Virus record (IMG/VR): IMGVR_UViG_3300020057_000027
Location: 32,001-96,000 of that record
From: a virus
Length of the DNA: 64,000 nucleotides
Reading direction: 5' to 3' (one strand)
Part shown: piece by piece, positions 9,959 to 19,360 of the stretch
How the letters are laid out: every line of letters starts with the position of its first letter
Position numbering within the stretch: position 1 is the first letter of the stretch
Notes under the pieces: model-generated
Database searches by the model: none
What the model saw: the letters and a program-made list of their open reading frames with translations, nothing else
Told to the model about the DNA's origin: nothing
Translations under genes and position numbers: made by a program

Positions 9959-10504
9959 ATGAAGAAGTTTAAAGTTTATATAAAAGAATCCACTGGTGCT
10001 GTCAATCAGGTTGTTTGGCATGGTGCTGATAAAGGTTCTGCTATCATCATGGTTCCTAAACAAGATTTCAATAAAAATAGAGATCTTGCCACATTAAAAC
10101 TTTTAAAGGCCAAAGTTCCTAGAGCAAGAGCATTAACAAAATTCAAAGCAGATAGTAACTTGATTCGCCAAGCAGGCGGAGCAAACGAAGGTGAATATTA
10201 TTTGGTTCACGTAGACTTTACAACCAGAGAACTAAATGAAGCTGCCGATGAAGGTCCTCCATCATCTACTGAACTAGCTAAAGATAGACACGATAAAGAA
10301 AAAGACGATCTCAAAAGACGCCAAGATTTGGATAATGAAAAAGCTAGAGAGACAGATTTCAGAAAGAAAGAAGCAGACAGAAAACGTGAAACTCAAAAGA
10401 AAGACTCGGCCGCCCGATCTAAAAAAGTTAATGAGTATCTGGAAGATGGAACAGATGAGTTAGTATCCACATATAAGAAATATGTTCCAGGTCAGAATAA
10501 ATAA
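9959..10504 (+). CDS. Hypothetical protein, possible internal head protein
   Basis: TAAATA promoter and GAGG RBS; MKKFKVYIKE start. Confidence 0.55.
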   Translation: MKKFKVYIKESTGAVNQVVWHGADKGSAIIMVPKQDFNKNRDLATLKLLKAKVPRARALTKFKADSNLIRQAGGANEGEYYLVHVDFTTRELNEAADEGPPSSTELAKDRHDKEKDDLKRRQDLDNEKARETDFRKKEADRKRETQKKDSAARSKKVNEYLEDGTDELVSTYKKYVPGQNK

Positions 10505-10578
10505 TCCTTGACTTTATAGATGATACATATATAATGGTACTGTAGTAATGTTTATTATTAAATGAATGGAGAATAATT

Positions 10579-10848
10579 ATGTCTAACAAAACTAAAGAAG
10601 CCGCAGCCCCAGCACCACAAGTTCAAGAACTTACTGCTGAACAGGAAATTCAAGTGCTACGACAAGCTCATGAATTTTTTGGTAATTTTAATGCTGTACC
10701 TGGCTTTGCCGCATCTAAATGGGGCCAAGCCCTTGATGCTATCGCGCTAGTAGCAAATTCACTGATTAAGAAAGCTGGACTTCTAACACCTGAAGTTTCA
10801 GAGCCATCGGAAGATGAATCTGATTCTGATGCTCAGCCTTCTGCTTAA
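10579..10848 (+). CDS. Hypothetical protein
   Basis: TTGACT/TATAAT promoter and GGAGA RBS. Confidence 0.6.
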   Translation: MSNKTKEAAAPAPQVQELTAEQEIQVLRQAHEFFGNFNAVPGFAASKWGQALDAIALVANSLIKKAGLLTPEVSEPSEDESDSDAQPSA

Positions 10849-10890
10849 TCCAAGCCAGTAAGCCACAAACACAACTAAATAAGGTTAGCT

Positions 10891-11040
10891 ATGCCAACCT
10901 ATGAATACGAGTGTAAGAGTTGTGGAATTTTATGTTGAAGACAGGAAAGAATGGTGTAAAGATAATAATCTTTATTATCCAACGATTAATAAAAATTGGA
11001 GAAAAAAATAAACCATATAAAGGATATTTCGGAGTTAAAC
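10891..11040 (+). pseudogene. Truncated FmdB-type Zn-ribbon gene joined to an endonuclease-tail-like fragment
   Basis: MPTYEYECKSCGILC* followed by out-of-frame FYVEDRKEWCKDNNL...PYKGY. Confidence 0.5.
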
Positions 11041-11041
11041 A

Positions 11042-11929
11042 ATGTCAGTAATTTGCGCCAAATATTTTCAGGATGTTGGGTGGGTGTTGGCCAAAAATAG
11101 GGATCAGACATACAAGCCAACTGTAAGAATCCGTAAATCTTTTAGACGTGATATTGAGCGTCTTTATATCTGGGATGAATTCACAAAATATACTGAAGGA
11201 CTTAATGAGTTTGGAGTGGGAATCGTATCTGCTAAGATTGACTTAGAAGATTATGATTTTAAGGGTGCTAAAGATTCACAGATAGAAGATTTCAATCCAA
11301 GTAAAAGAACCTATTATTCTCCTGATGGACTTCGTATCCGTACTGCTCTATTTGAAGCTGATGTTTTAAAAGCTACAAAACGATTAATTGACTTTGAAAT
11401 TACTGGTAACACAATCATTGCAGATAAAGATAGATGTTTTGTGTTTGAAGGTGCATACATTACCAATGGTGATGAAGAAGAGAAATACGTTTATAAAGTG
11501 TTAGAAGTTCCACAAGATAAGTTTGTCGTAAGAACCAATCACGGCATCATGTTACCGTTTACTGGTTTTCAATCTGATATACCAAAACAGTCGGCAGATA
11601 GAGCAAGTTCAGAAGTAAGATATAAGACAGTCAATGAAGGCTTAAAGAAAGCTAATTCATTTCAAGAACTGCTTGAAGTCATATCAAATAAAGACGATCC
11701 TAATCCACAGGTAAATCCACTACGAATGGACGTAACTAAAGGTTCTCAAAGAACTACAGGTCAAATAATAGTGGTTCCTTCTGAGAATACATTGCACTAT
11801 AGAGCGATCTGGTGTGAAACTATGTTCGACTTAGAAACACTAAATAAAGAAGAAGAAAAGACCTTTTTTGAAATAGTGTCTACTCGTAAATTAATAAGTT
11901 TTAAAGAAAAGCTCAAAGGAGAAGAGTAA
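11042..11929 (+). CDS. Ntn-hydrolase-like protein
   Basis: MSVICAK...LAKNRD, EGLNEFGV, VVRTNHG. Confidence 0.6.
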   Translation: MSVICAKYFQDVGWVLAKNRDQTYKPTVRIRKSFRRDIERLYIWDEFTKYTEGLNEFGVGIVSAKIDLEDYDFKGAKDSQIEDFNPSKRTYYSPDGLRIRTALFEADVLKATKRLIDFEITGNTIIADKDRCFVFEGAYITNGDEEEKYVYKVLEVPQDKFVVRTNHGIMLPFTGFQSDIPKQSADRASSEVRYKTVNEGLKKANSFQELLEVISNKDDPNPQVNPLRMDVTKGSQRTTGQIIVVPSENTLHYRAIWCETMFDLETLNKEEEKTFFEIVSTRKLISFKEKLKGEE

Positions 11930-11930
11930 A

Positions 11931-12995
11931 ATGTTTAAGAATCTTCCAAAAGACTTGATTGATGCCGCCTCAGGTATCATGAAAGAAAGTTCTAACAATC
12001 GTTCAAAGTCATATCGTAAGCTTGTTAAGGAAGCTCTTAAAGCTTTTAAAGTAAAATCAATCACACAGTTAAGCGAATCAGAACAACATCTTTTTGCTAC
12101 TTGGGTAGCCAATCGTTTAGATGAAGCTTGTGGTTGTGGTTACTCAGAAGAAAGTGATGACGAATTGCTACACAAGAAAGCTGCCGTAGATGCTCAGTCA
12201 GGACTTCCCGAATTAGGCGAAGAAGACGAAAAAGAATTAGACGAAGAGGAAGACGAAGAAGATAAGTTAGAAGAATCCGATGATTCTGATGAAGACGATC
12301 TTAAAGAAGAAGACGAAGAAGATAAACTTGAAGAAGAGGAAGATGATGAAAGAATTGATGGCCCTGCCTCGGCCAAGAAAAATGCTCCACTTCCTGGTGC
12401 TGCTCTTAGTTCATTAACCGCTGGCGATGATAGCGATGAATTAAAAGACAAAGATGAACTAGAGGAAGAAGAGGAAGATAAAGATCTAAACGAATCATTC
12501 AAAGTTGGTGATGTTGTTTATGTTAAAACTGGTCCACTAAAAAACTATCCGCATAAAATTATATACGACAACAAAAACGGATCATATAATGTTGTAGCTC
12601 CTGGAGCTCCGAACAGATTAAATTACCGCCAAGGCGCTGCATCTGCTAAAGCTTCTGAGTTATCAAGTAAACTAATCAAAGAAGATTATTGTTCTCCTGA
12701 ACCTCTTGCGGCCATCGGTGCAAGATCTGGATTAGAAAACCCAAAACACGTTGACATTATTAAAGATATTGATGTTGTGTCTGGTATTAATACTTATAGA
12801 CTATTAATTAATTATGTAAATGGCCGCCCAGAGATTATACCTTCTGTAGATCTTCCTGGAGCTCCTTCGGTTGAAGCATTAGCTGATCTTGTTTCTGGTT
12901 TTGAAGATGTTGATGGTGTAATTAGTCAGGCGATAGCCGACGCACTTGATGTGCCTTCTGAAAGACCAGTTTACAGAGGCAATGATAAAACTTAA
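11931..12995 (+). CDS. Highly acidic protein, probable internal head/scaffold-like protein
   Basis: E/D tract with many L-x-E sites typical of prohead protease substrates. Confidence 0.5.
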   Translation: MFKNLPKDLIDAASGIMKESSNNRSKSYRKLVKEALKAFKVKSITQLSESEQHLFATWVANRLDEACGCGYSEESDDELLHKKAAVDAQSGLPELGEEDEKELDEEEDEEDKLEESDDSDEDDLKEEDEEDKLEEEEDDERIDGPASAKKNAPLPGAALSSLTAGDDSDELKDKDELEEEEEDKDLNESFKVGDVVYVKTGPLKNYPHKIIYDNKNGSYNVVAPGAPNRLNYRQGAASAKASELSSKLIKEDYCSPEPLAAIGARSGLENPKHVDIIKDIDVVSGINTYRLLINYVNGRPEIIPSVDLPGAPSVEALADLVSGFEDVDGVISQAIADALDVPSERPVYRGNDKT

Positions 12996-13007
12996 ACCCT
13001 GGCTCTA

Positions 13008-13562
13008 ATGAAAAGTTTAAAAGACTTTATTGTAGGTAAAGAACTTCCTGCCATATATCTTGATATGGACGAGACAATAGTAGATTGGTATCAAGGGGCC
13101 GACGCCGCGCTAGAAAAGTTTGGTTATCCAAAATGGACACATGAATTTTGGAAACAGTATACTAATGACGGAGCAGATGCAATCAGATGGGCGGTTCTTA
13201 ATAAGATACCACATTTTTGGATTAACCTTAAATGGATGAAAGACGGTAAGAAACTCTGGGAGTTTGTTAAACCATATAAACCCAATATTTTGAGCGCATA
13301 TTCAGATTATTCTCCTACAAGCATTCCAGAGAAGCAACAATGGATAGCAAAGAATCTTGGACTAAATAACCTTAGCAATGTTCATTTTGTTGGTCGTAAA
13401 GATAAGAAGAAATATGCGGTAGCCGCAAACGGTAATCCTAATCTTTTGATTGACGATTATGATAAAAATTGTAATGAATTTAGAAGTAGTGGTGGCATAG
13501 CAATTCAAGTCACCAATGTTTCGGAAGTTATAAGTAAATTAAAAAGTCTTGGATTTAAATAG
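13008..13562 (+). CDS. HAD-family 5'(3')-deoxyribonucleotidase-like protein
   Basis: IYLDMDET, ILSA, LLIDDYDKN. Confidence 0.78.
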   Translation: MKSLKDFIVGKELPAIYLDMDETIVDWYQGADAALEKFGYPKWTHEFWKQYTNDGADAIRWAVLNKIPHFWINLKWMKDGKKLWEFVKPYKPNILSAYSDYSPTSIPEKQQWIAKNLGLNNLSNVHFVGRKDKKKYAVAANGNPNLLIDDYDKNCNEFRSSGGIAIQVTNVSEVISKLKSLGFK

Positions 13563-13573
13563 GAGAAAACAAC

Positions 13574-14056
13574 ATGTCACTTTGGACTAACGATACACCC
13601 CCAACATTTCAAAACCCTAAATCTGGCCCTGCCGTTGCAACGGCCGCTGGTTGGGTTGACCCTAATACTGGAGAAGTTCTAGTAGCTATTAGCAATCTAA
13701 CAACAAAAGCCGGTGCTGCCGATGTATTAACCACACGTTTTGAAAATGGTTCATATATACAAGGACAAGCACTTAAGGTGTTTGTACACTACAACGAAAA
13801 AGTTGATGTGGTTGTCGGAGCAACAATAGAAGCTTCATGGTCGGGTCCTTTTGGTAACGTAACGCTTACTGCCCCAGCACAAATTGGAACATATGATGTT
13901 CGGTTTGATGGTGTTGTTCCTTCAGAAGCAGGAACACTTTCAGTTGCCGCACAAACTCTTTTAGGTACTGTGACTGATAATCTAGGTGGCGCTCCATCTA
14001 ACGTTAGTATTTCAAGTGTTGCCGGAGCCGCTGCAGGAACACGTCCAGTAGCGTAA
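13574..14056 (+). CDS. Putative virion structural protein
   Basis: MSLW start, GWVDPNTGEVLVAI; beta-rich; GGAG RBS. Confidence 0.55.
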   Translation: MSLWTNDTPPTFQNPKSGPAVATAAGWVDPNTGEVLVAISNLTTKAGAADVLTTRFENGSYIQGQALKVFVHYNEKVDVVVGATIEASWSGPFGNVTLTAPAQIGTYDVRFDGVVPSEAGTLSVAAQTLLGTVTDNLGGAPSNVSISSVAGAAAGTRPVA

Positions 14057-14078
14057 CGACAGAATTATTATGTTGAGT

Positions 14079-14483
14079 ATGATGAGCAAAATCAACTACG
14101 AACGGTTGACGGATGAAAACTTCTTGATGTATGCTATGCAGAACTATGAGAATCCTCAGTGCGTAAGTATTGATGACTTTCACGATGATCTGTTAAGGAT
14201 AAAATATCTCAAGAGACTCCTCAACCGTTATAAAGAAACGGGAGAATTAAAAGATCAATTGATTCTTAATCATATGATCGTTCTTTATAATGTATTTGGT
14301 GTTGAAGCCTGTACAAGAATGTTATTCTTCAAAATTGATTCTCATCTTTGGTCTTATCTTAAGACCTTTTTAGTTTATAAACATTATATGCCAGATAGAG
14401 TCTATGGTATAAATGGTAAAACAATTTTAGACACTGATATTCCACTAGACGCAGGAATAATTAAAGCTCTGAGAGAAATCTAA
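14079..14483 (+). CDS. Conserved T4-like phage hypothetical protein
   Basis: YENPQC...IKYLKRLLNRY...LILNHMIVLYNVFG. Confidence 0.7.
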   Translation: MMSKINYERLTDENFLMYAMQNYENPQCVSIDDFHDDLLRIKYLKRLLNRYKETGELKDQLILNHMIVLYNVFGVEACTRMLFFKIDSHLWSYLKTFLVYKHYMPDRVYGINGKTILDTDIPLDAGIIKALREI

Positions 14484-15019
14484 TGAGTACACCAAAACGA
14501 ACATTGCTAACTGAAGGTGCCGTAGATTTTCTAGTTCTATATTCCTTTCTTAAAAAATTAACAACTCCATTTACAGAATGGGAAGCCTTCAAACTTGGCA
14601 TCATAGATGAAGATGGTAAAGTTCTCCGCAAGCGAGCAACACTAACAGAACCAAAAGAAAAAGGCGCATTTACTTTGTTTGATATTCTAGTATTGAATAT
14701 TAAAAAAATCATTGAAAGATTACCAAACGGCAAAAGCAAGCTGGCAACATTCATAGCTGGATTATTCTTAATGAAAGAAGAAAGAAACCACGAACTATGT
14801 TTGAATGAAGATATTGCATATGAATCATTCATGGACTTCTATGATATAGTTCTTTCAGATCCAGAACTTAAAAAACAAGTTGAATTGTTAATGAAGAAAG
14901 AAATAGAAGAAGACGCCGCAGCAAATTCCGTTGGTGGAGGTGGTGTAGCCGGTTTAACCGTTGCCACAGGTGGTCCAGTCATAAGAAACCGCAAGAAATT
15001 CAAGAGTTATTCTAAGTAG
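14483..15019 (+). CDS. Conserved T4-like phage hypothetical protein
   Basis: LTTPFTEWEAFKLGIIDEDG. Confidence 0.65.
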   Translation: MSTPKRTLLTEGAVDFLVLYSFLKKLTTPFTEWEAFKLGIIDEDGKVLRKRATLTEPKEKGAFTLFDILVLNIKKIIERLPNGKSKLATFIAGLFLMKEERNHELCLNEDIAYESFMDFYDIVLSDPELKKQVELLMKKEIEEDAAANSVGGGGVAGLTVATGGPVIRNRKKFKSYSK

Positions 15020-15121
15020 TTACAAGCTCCAAAATATATCAAATACCCTATTGTCAAGGTGATATAGATATGTTATAATAAGATTATAGAGTTTAATCTA
15101 TGCTTGGAGATAAATATTATT

Positions 15122-15439
15122 ATGAGTAACGAAAAAGATTTTTTTGATAAGTTTGGTTTAGAGGTTGTATCTGGCGATATTGAAGTCGGACAAACATACC
15201 CAATCTACGGAATGATTACCAAGATAATTGATGATAGGGTTGGTTCAGTTGTAGTAGAAATAAATTATAACATTCAAGCCAACTTACAGATACCAGATGA
15301 AGAAAAAATTCAACTCATTAAAGAACGTGCTTTTGAGCCGGGAATCTTTGTTAGTACGGTTACTTCAAAAGATCCGAAAGTTATTGTGGAGGTCGTAACC
15401 GTTGTCTTCGGTAGAAAACAAACAAGTCAAGTACAATAA
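15122..15439 (+). CDS. Hypothetical protein
   Basis: ORF behind TATAAT promoter and GGAG RBS. Confidence 0.6.
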   Translation: MSNEKDFFDKFGLEVVSGDIEVGQTYPIYGMITKIIDDRVGSVVVEINYNIQANLQIPDEEKIQLIKERAFEPGIFVSTVTSKDPKVIVEVVTVVFGRKQTSQVQ

Positions 15440-15440
15440 T

Positions 15441-15782
15441 ATGAGTGACACTCCACAAAAAGAAATTATCATAAAACTTAAACAGAGTGTCTCAGTATTA
15501 GAGGGTGCTATCAGCATGGCTGCCGCAACCATAATTCAAAAATTTGGAAAAGATCATCCAGCTTCCGTTAGACTTGATTCTTATACTGAGGTAATTAAAA
15601 CTCAAAAAGAATATATTAATAATTTAATCAATGCGGTGGAAAACAACAATTGGTCTGATGTTTCACGAATGACACAGATCATAAATGGTTTATCATCCAT
15701 GATTAAAGATGATGCTAGAGCCATGGTGGAATGTATGTATGAAGGAAAAGATTGCGAAATAGATAAAGATGTGTTAAACTAG
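15441..15782 (+). CDS. Hypothetical helical protein
   Basis: ORF coupled to the upstream gene. Confidence 0.6.
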   Translation: MSDTPQKEIIIKLKQSVSVLEGAISMAAATIIQKFGKDHPASVRLDSYTEVIKTQKEYINNLINAVENNNWSDVSRMTQIINGLSSMIKDDARAMVECMYEGKDCEIDKDVLN

Positions 15783-15828
15783 ATAAAATAAAATTACTTT
15801 TGTAATTAATTAATTGGAGTGAATAAAA

Positions 15829-17268
15829 ATGAATAAACTAATAACCTGTTGTCTTATTTTGTGTTGCTGTTGTAGTACAGCATATGCAACAAATAAAGAC
15901 AAATGTAAAGACAAATGTAAATCCCAAGGTAAAGACGTAGCTCATATCTGTAGTAATGCAGATCTTGATCGGGGCAAAGTAAATGTATGTCACGTACCTC
16001 CAGGATGTCCTAAAAATGAACATACAATTTGTGTATCGCAAAATGCGGTAGATAATGATGGTGTTGGTCACTTTCCTGGACAACACGGTGGAGATTATTT
16101 TGGTGTTTGTGAATCAGACCAAGGAAATCCTACACCAACTCCGACTGCTACACCTACAGCGACTCCGAGTTGTACTCCAACTCCTAGACCGAGTGCGAGC
16201 CCGACTCCAAACCCAAGTGTAAGTCCAACCCCTGAAGGTAGTCCAACTCCTCAGCCGAGTTCTACTCCAACTCCTGAACCAAGTGCGAGTCCAACTCCTC
16301 AGCCGAGTTCTACTCCAACTCCTCAGCCGAGTGCGAGTCCAACTCCTTCTGAAAAGGTTAAGATTTGTCACTTGACTGGTGAATCAGATCCTCGCGCAAT
16401 TAATATTGAAGTTGCGCTAGAAGCTCTCCCAGCACACATTCAGCACGGCGATCATCAAGGCGCTTGTGTGTTTGACTGTGCCGGTGCTCCATTCGGTGAA
16501 GCTACGGTAGATGCTTGTGGTATCTGCGGCGGCGATGGTTCAGCATGTAAAGGTTGTGATGGTACTGCAAACAGTGGTAAGAAACTAGACGATTGTGGAG
16601 TGTGTGGTGGACAAAACAACACATGTCTTGATTGTGCTGGTGTACCAAACGGTGGCAAGAAAACAGATAGTTGTGGTATGTGTGGTGGCGATGGTACATC
16701 ATGTGTAGATTGTTCTGGTATACCTAATGGTCCAAATAAACCCGACTCGTGTGGTGTTTGTTCTGGTTCAAATAGTTGTCTTGATTGTTCTGGAATTCCT
16801 AATGGTGGTACACTTGTAGATAAGTGTGGTACTTGTGGTGGTTCTGGTGGTGAAGTTACTAAGATTAGGATTGATAAGAAAAAGCTTATCAAGCTTGCTC
16901 ATACTTTACTTCTCAAGAAAACTATTCCTTACTTTAATGGTGCGGTAAAATGTAATAAAGCATTTACTAAACTTGCTGGTAAGGGTACTACTTCTGCAAA
17001 AGCTACACATAAAGCAATCGTAGAAGCTATTACTAAACTTAAGACTGAAGTGTTACTATGTCCTGGAGAATGTGAACGAGATATCAACAAAGAATTGTTG
17101 AAGCTTATTAGTTCTCTTGCAAAGACACAATACAAGTATGCTGCTCAAGCTCAACACGCTGGGCGCGCTGCATGTAAGAATGATGGTCCTGGACTTGCTC
17201 TAACCAAGCCAATTGAAAACAATATTCATACTATTGTTAATAATTGTCCAACACATGTGTGTAAGTAA
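15829..17268 (+). CDS. Secreted Cys-rich repeat protein with Pro/Thr/Ser linker
   Basis: Signal peptide; PTPxPS repeats; repeated DCxGxPNG...DxCGxCGG units. Confidence 0.75.
   Translation: MNKLITCCLILCCCCSTAYATNKDKCKDKCKSQGKDVAHICSNADLDRGKVNVCHVPPGCPKNEHTICVSQNAVDNDGVGHFPGQHGGDYFGVCESDQGNPTPTPTATPTATPSCTPTPRPSASPTPNPSVSPTPEGSPTPQPSSTPTPEPSASPTPQPSSTPTPQPSASPTPSEKVKICHLTGESDPRAINIEVALEALPAHIQHGDHQGACVFDCAGAPFGEATVDACGICGGDGSACKGCDGTANSGKKLDDCGVCGGQNNTCLDCAGVPNGGKKTDSCGMCGGDGTSCVDCSGIPNGPNKPDSCGVCSGSNSCLDCSGIPNGGTLVDKCGTCGGSGGEVTKIRIDKKKLIKLAHTLLLKKTIPYFNGAVKCNKAFTKLAGKGTTSAKATHKAIVEAITKLKTEVLLCPGECERDINKELLKLISSLAKTQYKYAAQAQHAGRAACKNDGPGLALTKPIENNIHTIVNNCPTHVCK
16126..16350 (+). repeat. Imperfect 24-nt coding repeats (PTP(Q/E)PS(A/S)(S/T))
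   Basis: ccaactcctcagccgagt repeated. Confidence 0.8.
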
Positions 17269-17282
17269 GTTGAAATAAACTA

Positions 17283-17317
17283 AGGGCGGGGTAGAAATAT
17301 CCCGCCCTTTCTTTTTG
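17283..17317 (+). terminator. Intrinsic terminator
   Basis: agggcggg...cccgccct stem followed by T-rich tract. Confidence 0.8.
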
Positions 17318-17328
17318 GGATATACATT

Positions 17329-17835
17329 ATGAAAATGACAGTGATGCTTATTGCTACTATTGGATCTTTAATTTACCCTCAAGATATTCAGATGAATCCA
17401 ATGCCAAAATATATTATACCACAACATAAAGAAACTTTAGCTGAACAGATAATTAGAATTTCATTAAAGTATCAGATAAATCCTAAACTAATTTTTTCAA
17501 TAATTCAACAAGAAAGCAAATTCAATTCACTAGCAATATCAAAAAAAGGCGCTGTAGGTTTAATGCAGTTGATGCCAAAAACTGCTAAGTGGTTAAAAGT
17601 TGACCGCCATCATCCAGAACAAAATCTTGATGGTGGTATTAGATATCTTGCCATGCAATTACGTAAATATAAATCAGTAAAGCTTGCATTGGCCGCTTAC
17701 AATGCAGGTCCAGGAAATGTTGATAAATACAATAAGACAATACCTCCGTTTAAACAAACAGAGGTTTATATAAAAAATATTTGTTCGGTGTACCAAAGAT
17801 GCGAGCATTTTTCATCTTCAATAATCTCAGGGTAG
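17329..17835 (+). CDS. Lytic transglycosylase (SLT domain)
   Basis: IQQESKFN, GAVGLMQLMP, ALAAYNAGPG. Confidence 0.92.
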   Translation: MKMTVMLIATIGSLIYPQDIQMNPMPKYIIPQHKETLAEQIIRISLKYQINPKLIFSIIQQESKFNSLAISKKGAVGLMQLMPKTAKWLKVDRHHPEQNLDGGIRYLAMQLRKYKSVKLALAAYNAGPGNVDKYNKTIPPFKQTEVYIKNICSVYQRCEHFSSSIISG

Positions 17836-18197
17836 ACAAGTTTAGACTTGATGATGCTCCGTTTCCTGGATTTGAGTTACTAACTTGGGAAGATCACACA
17901 AAGGTTTTTGGAACATTGTGGGATATGGGTGAAGATGCTGGATACACACAGATAGGAAATTCATACGTAGCTGGACAATTATGGATAGCACACGATCTGA
18001 ATCAGATAGATGAGTTAGAATATTTCCTTGGAGCTAAGTCAGGTTTAACAGAGCCGTGTAAAGTAAAAGCTCTTGTGGAAGATAAAGAAATAAAAGAAGA
18101 AATAGATGCTACAGTCTACAAACTTAAAAAAATTGATACTATATATAAGATAGTTGATGATGGTTACTGGTTGATTAAACGACAAATGATGAGATAA
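17799..18197 (+). CDS. Gamma-glutamylcyclotransferase-like protein
   Basis: GTLWDMG, VAGQLW, IDELEY pattern; degenerate. Confidence 0.45.
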   Translation: MRAFFIFNNLRVDKFRLDDAPFPGFELLTWEDHTKVFGTLWDMGEDAGYTQIGNSYVAGQLWIAHDLNQIDELEYFLGAKSGLTEPCKVKALVEDKEIKEEIDATVYKLKKIDTIYKIVDDGYWLIKRQMMR

Positions 18198-18201
18198 TAT
18201 T

Positions 18202-18612
18202 ATGCCTCCACAAATACTTGCTTTAATATTTAATAAGTACACAGCCGCAATAGTTCTTGTTCTAAGTGTATTGGGTTATATTTACTTCCTTCGCCATTCG
18301 GTTGAAGTTCTACAGAAAGAAAAAACAGAATTACTTTTGGTTGTAGAGCAACAGAAACGTGCAGTAGAACAGATGCAAAAAGATATTGCTAATGTTGTAA
18401 AAGCAAAAGATGATCTTGTAGCCGCAAAAGAAAGTCTTGATGCTGAAAAGAAAAAGCTAGAAGAAACGTTATACAGAGAAACCAAGAAAAAGAAATCATT
18501 AGAAGAACTAGCACAAAAGAAAACTACATTAGTTCAGAAGCTAGTTAATAAAGCCACCCAGGAAGTTTTTGATTGTTTTGAAGTAATTAGTGCAGGCGGA
18601 GATTGCAAGTGA
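18202..18612 (+). CDS. Putative i-spanin (Rz-like)
   Basis: N-terminal TM helix plus coiled coil; lysis context. Confidence 0.65.
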   Translation: MPPQILALIFNKYTAAIVLVLSVLGYIYFLRHSVEVLQKEKTELLLVVEQQKRAVEQMQKDIANVVKAKDDLVAAKESLDAEKKKLEETLYRETKKKKSLEELAQKKTTLVQKLVNKATQEVFDCFEVISAGGDCK

Positions 18613-18737
18613 AATTTATATTATGTTTAGTTATAATGTTTTGTTTTGGTTGTGCCTGTAAAAGTAAACCAAAAAGTGATTGTAATTTAGACCCAGCCAC
18701 GGGATTAATATTATGTATTTGTAAAGGTGTAAAATGA
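18609..18737 (+). CDS. Small Cys-rich lipoprotein (42 aa)
   Basis: Read manually: MKFILCLVIMFCFGCACKSK...; GTGA and ATGA overlaps with neighbours. Confidence 0.55.
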   Translation: MKFILCLVIMFCFGCACKSKPKSDCNLDPATGLILCICKGVK

Positions 18738-19063
18738 AAAATATAATTGTAAGTCTATTAATGTTGTGTATGCTAACTGGTTGTGGGTTAAATACCTTTA
18801 CAACACCAACGGAAAGAGTTCCACTTAATCTTTCTCAGCCAGCTCCACTTAAACTTAAGAAGGTTGAGTTTGTCGTTATTCATAAAGACAATGCTGCCAC
18901 AGTATTTGCTGAACTTGAAAAGCAAGGTCTTCAGCCTGTAGTGTTTGCTTTAACTGGTGCTGATTATAAAGCACTAGCGATCAATGTTGGTGATATTAAA
19001 ACACATCTTTTACTACAAAGAAAAATTATCATTCTATATAAACATTACTACGAGGGGAAATAA
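18734..19063 (+). CDS. Putative o-spanin lipoprotein (Rz1-like)
   Basis: Lipobox LTGC; follows i-spanin candidate. Confidence 0.65.
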   Translation: MKNIIVSLLMLCMLTGCGLNTFTTPTERVPLNLSQPAPLKLKKVEFVVIHKDNAATVFAELEKQGLQPVVFALTGADYKALAINVGDIKTHLLLQRKIIILYKHYYEGK

Positions 19064-19303
19064 ATGGCTAAAGAAAAGAAAGAGAAGAAACCAAGAAAAG
19101 CTAAACAAGCAACACAAGAACAACTTCTTCCGTCAAAGATTATAGAAGTTGATAAAGATGCTGTAGCTGTTGGAGTCCAAGAAAAGGTTGTCGTATCTCA
19201 AGAGAAGAAGAGATTACTTCCTCACCAATTAGTTCAAACTCTTGAAGCTCTCCTTGTCCGAGTGTCCAATCTGGAAGTAGAAGTAAAAGCACTAAAAAAA
19301 TAG
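19064..19303 (+). CDS. Hypothetical protein
   Basis: ORF with GAGGGG RBS. Confidence 0.55.
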   Translation: MAKEKKEKKPRKAKQATQEQLLPSKIIEVDKDAVAVGVQEKVVVSQEKKRLLPHQLVQTLEALLVRVSNLEVEVKALKK

Positions 19304-19360
19304 TTGCCTTTATTTGTCCGATTTGATATACTGTATTTGTTATTTTAAGTGAGAAATATT

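Noticed and set aside
12194-12502. Poly-Ser antisense ORF and the many other short antisense ORFs in the track
   Set aside because: Mirror frames of biased sense genes, without RBS or promoter support
16126-16850. Repeats as a CRISPR array or DGR
   Set aside because: In-frame coding repeats without unique spacers; no cas or reverse transcriptase gene in the window
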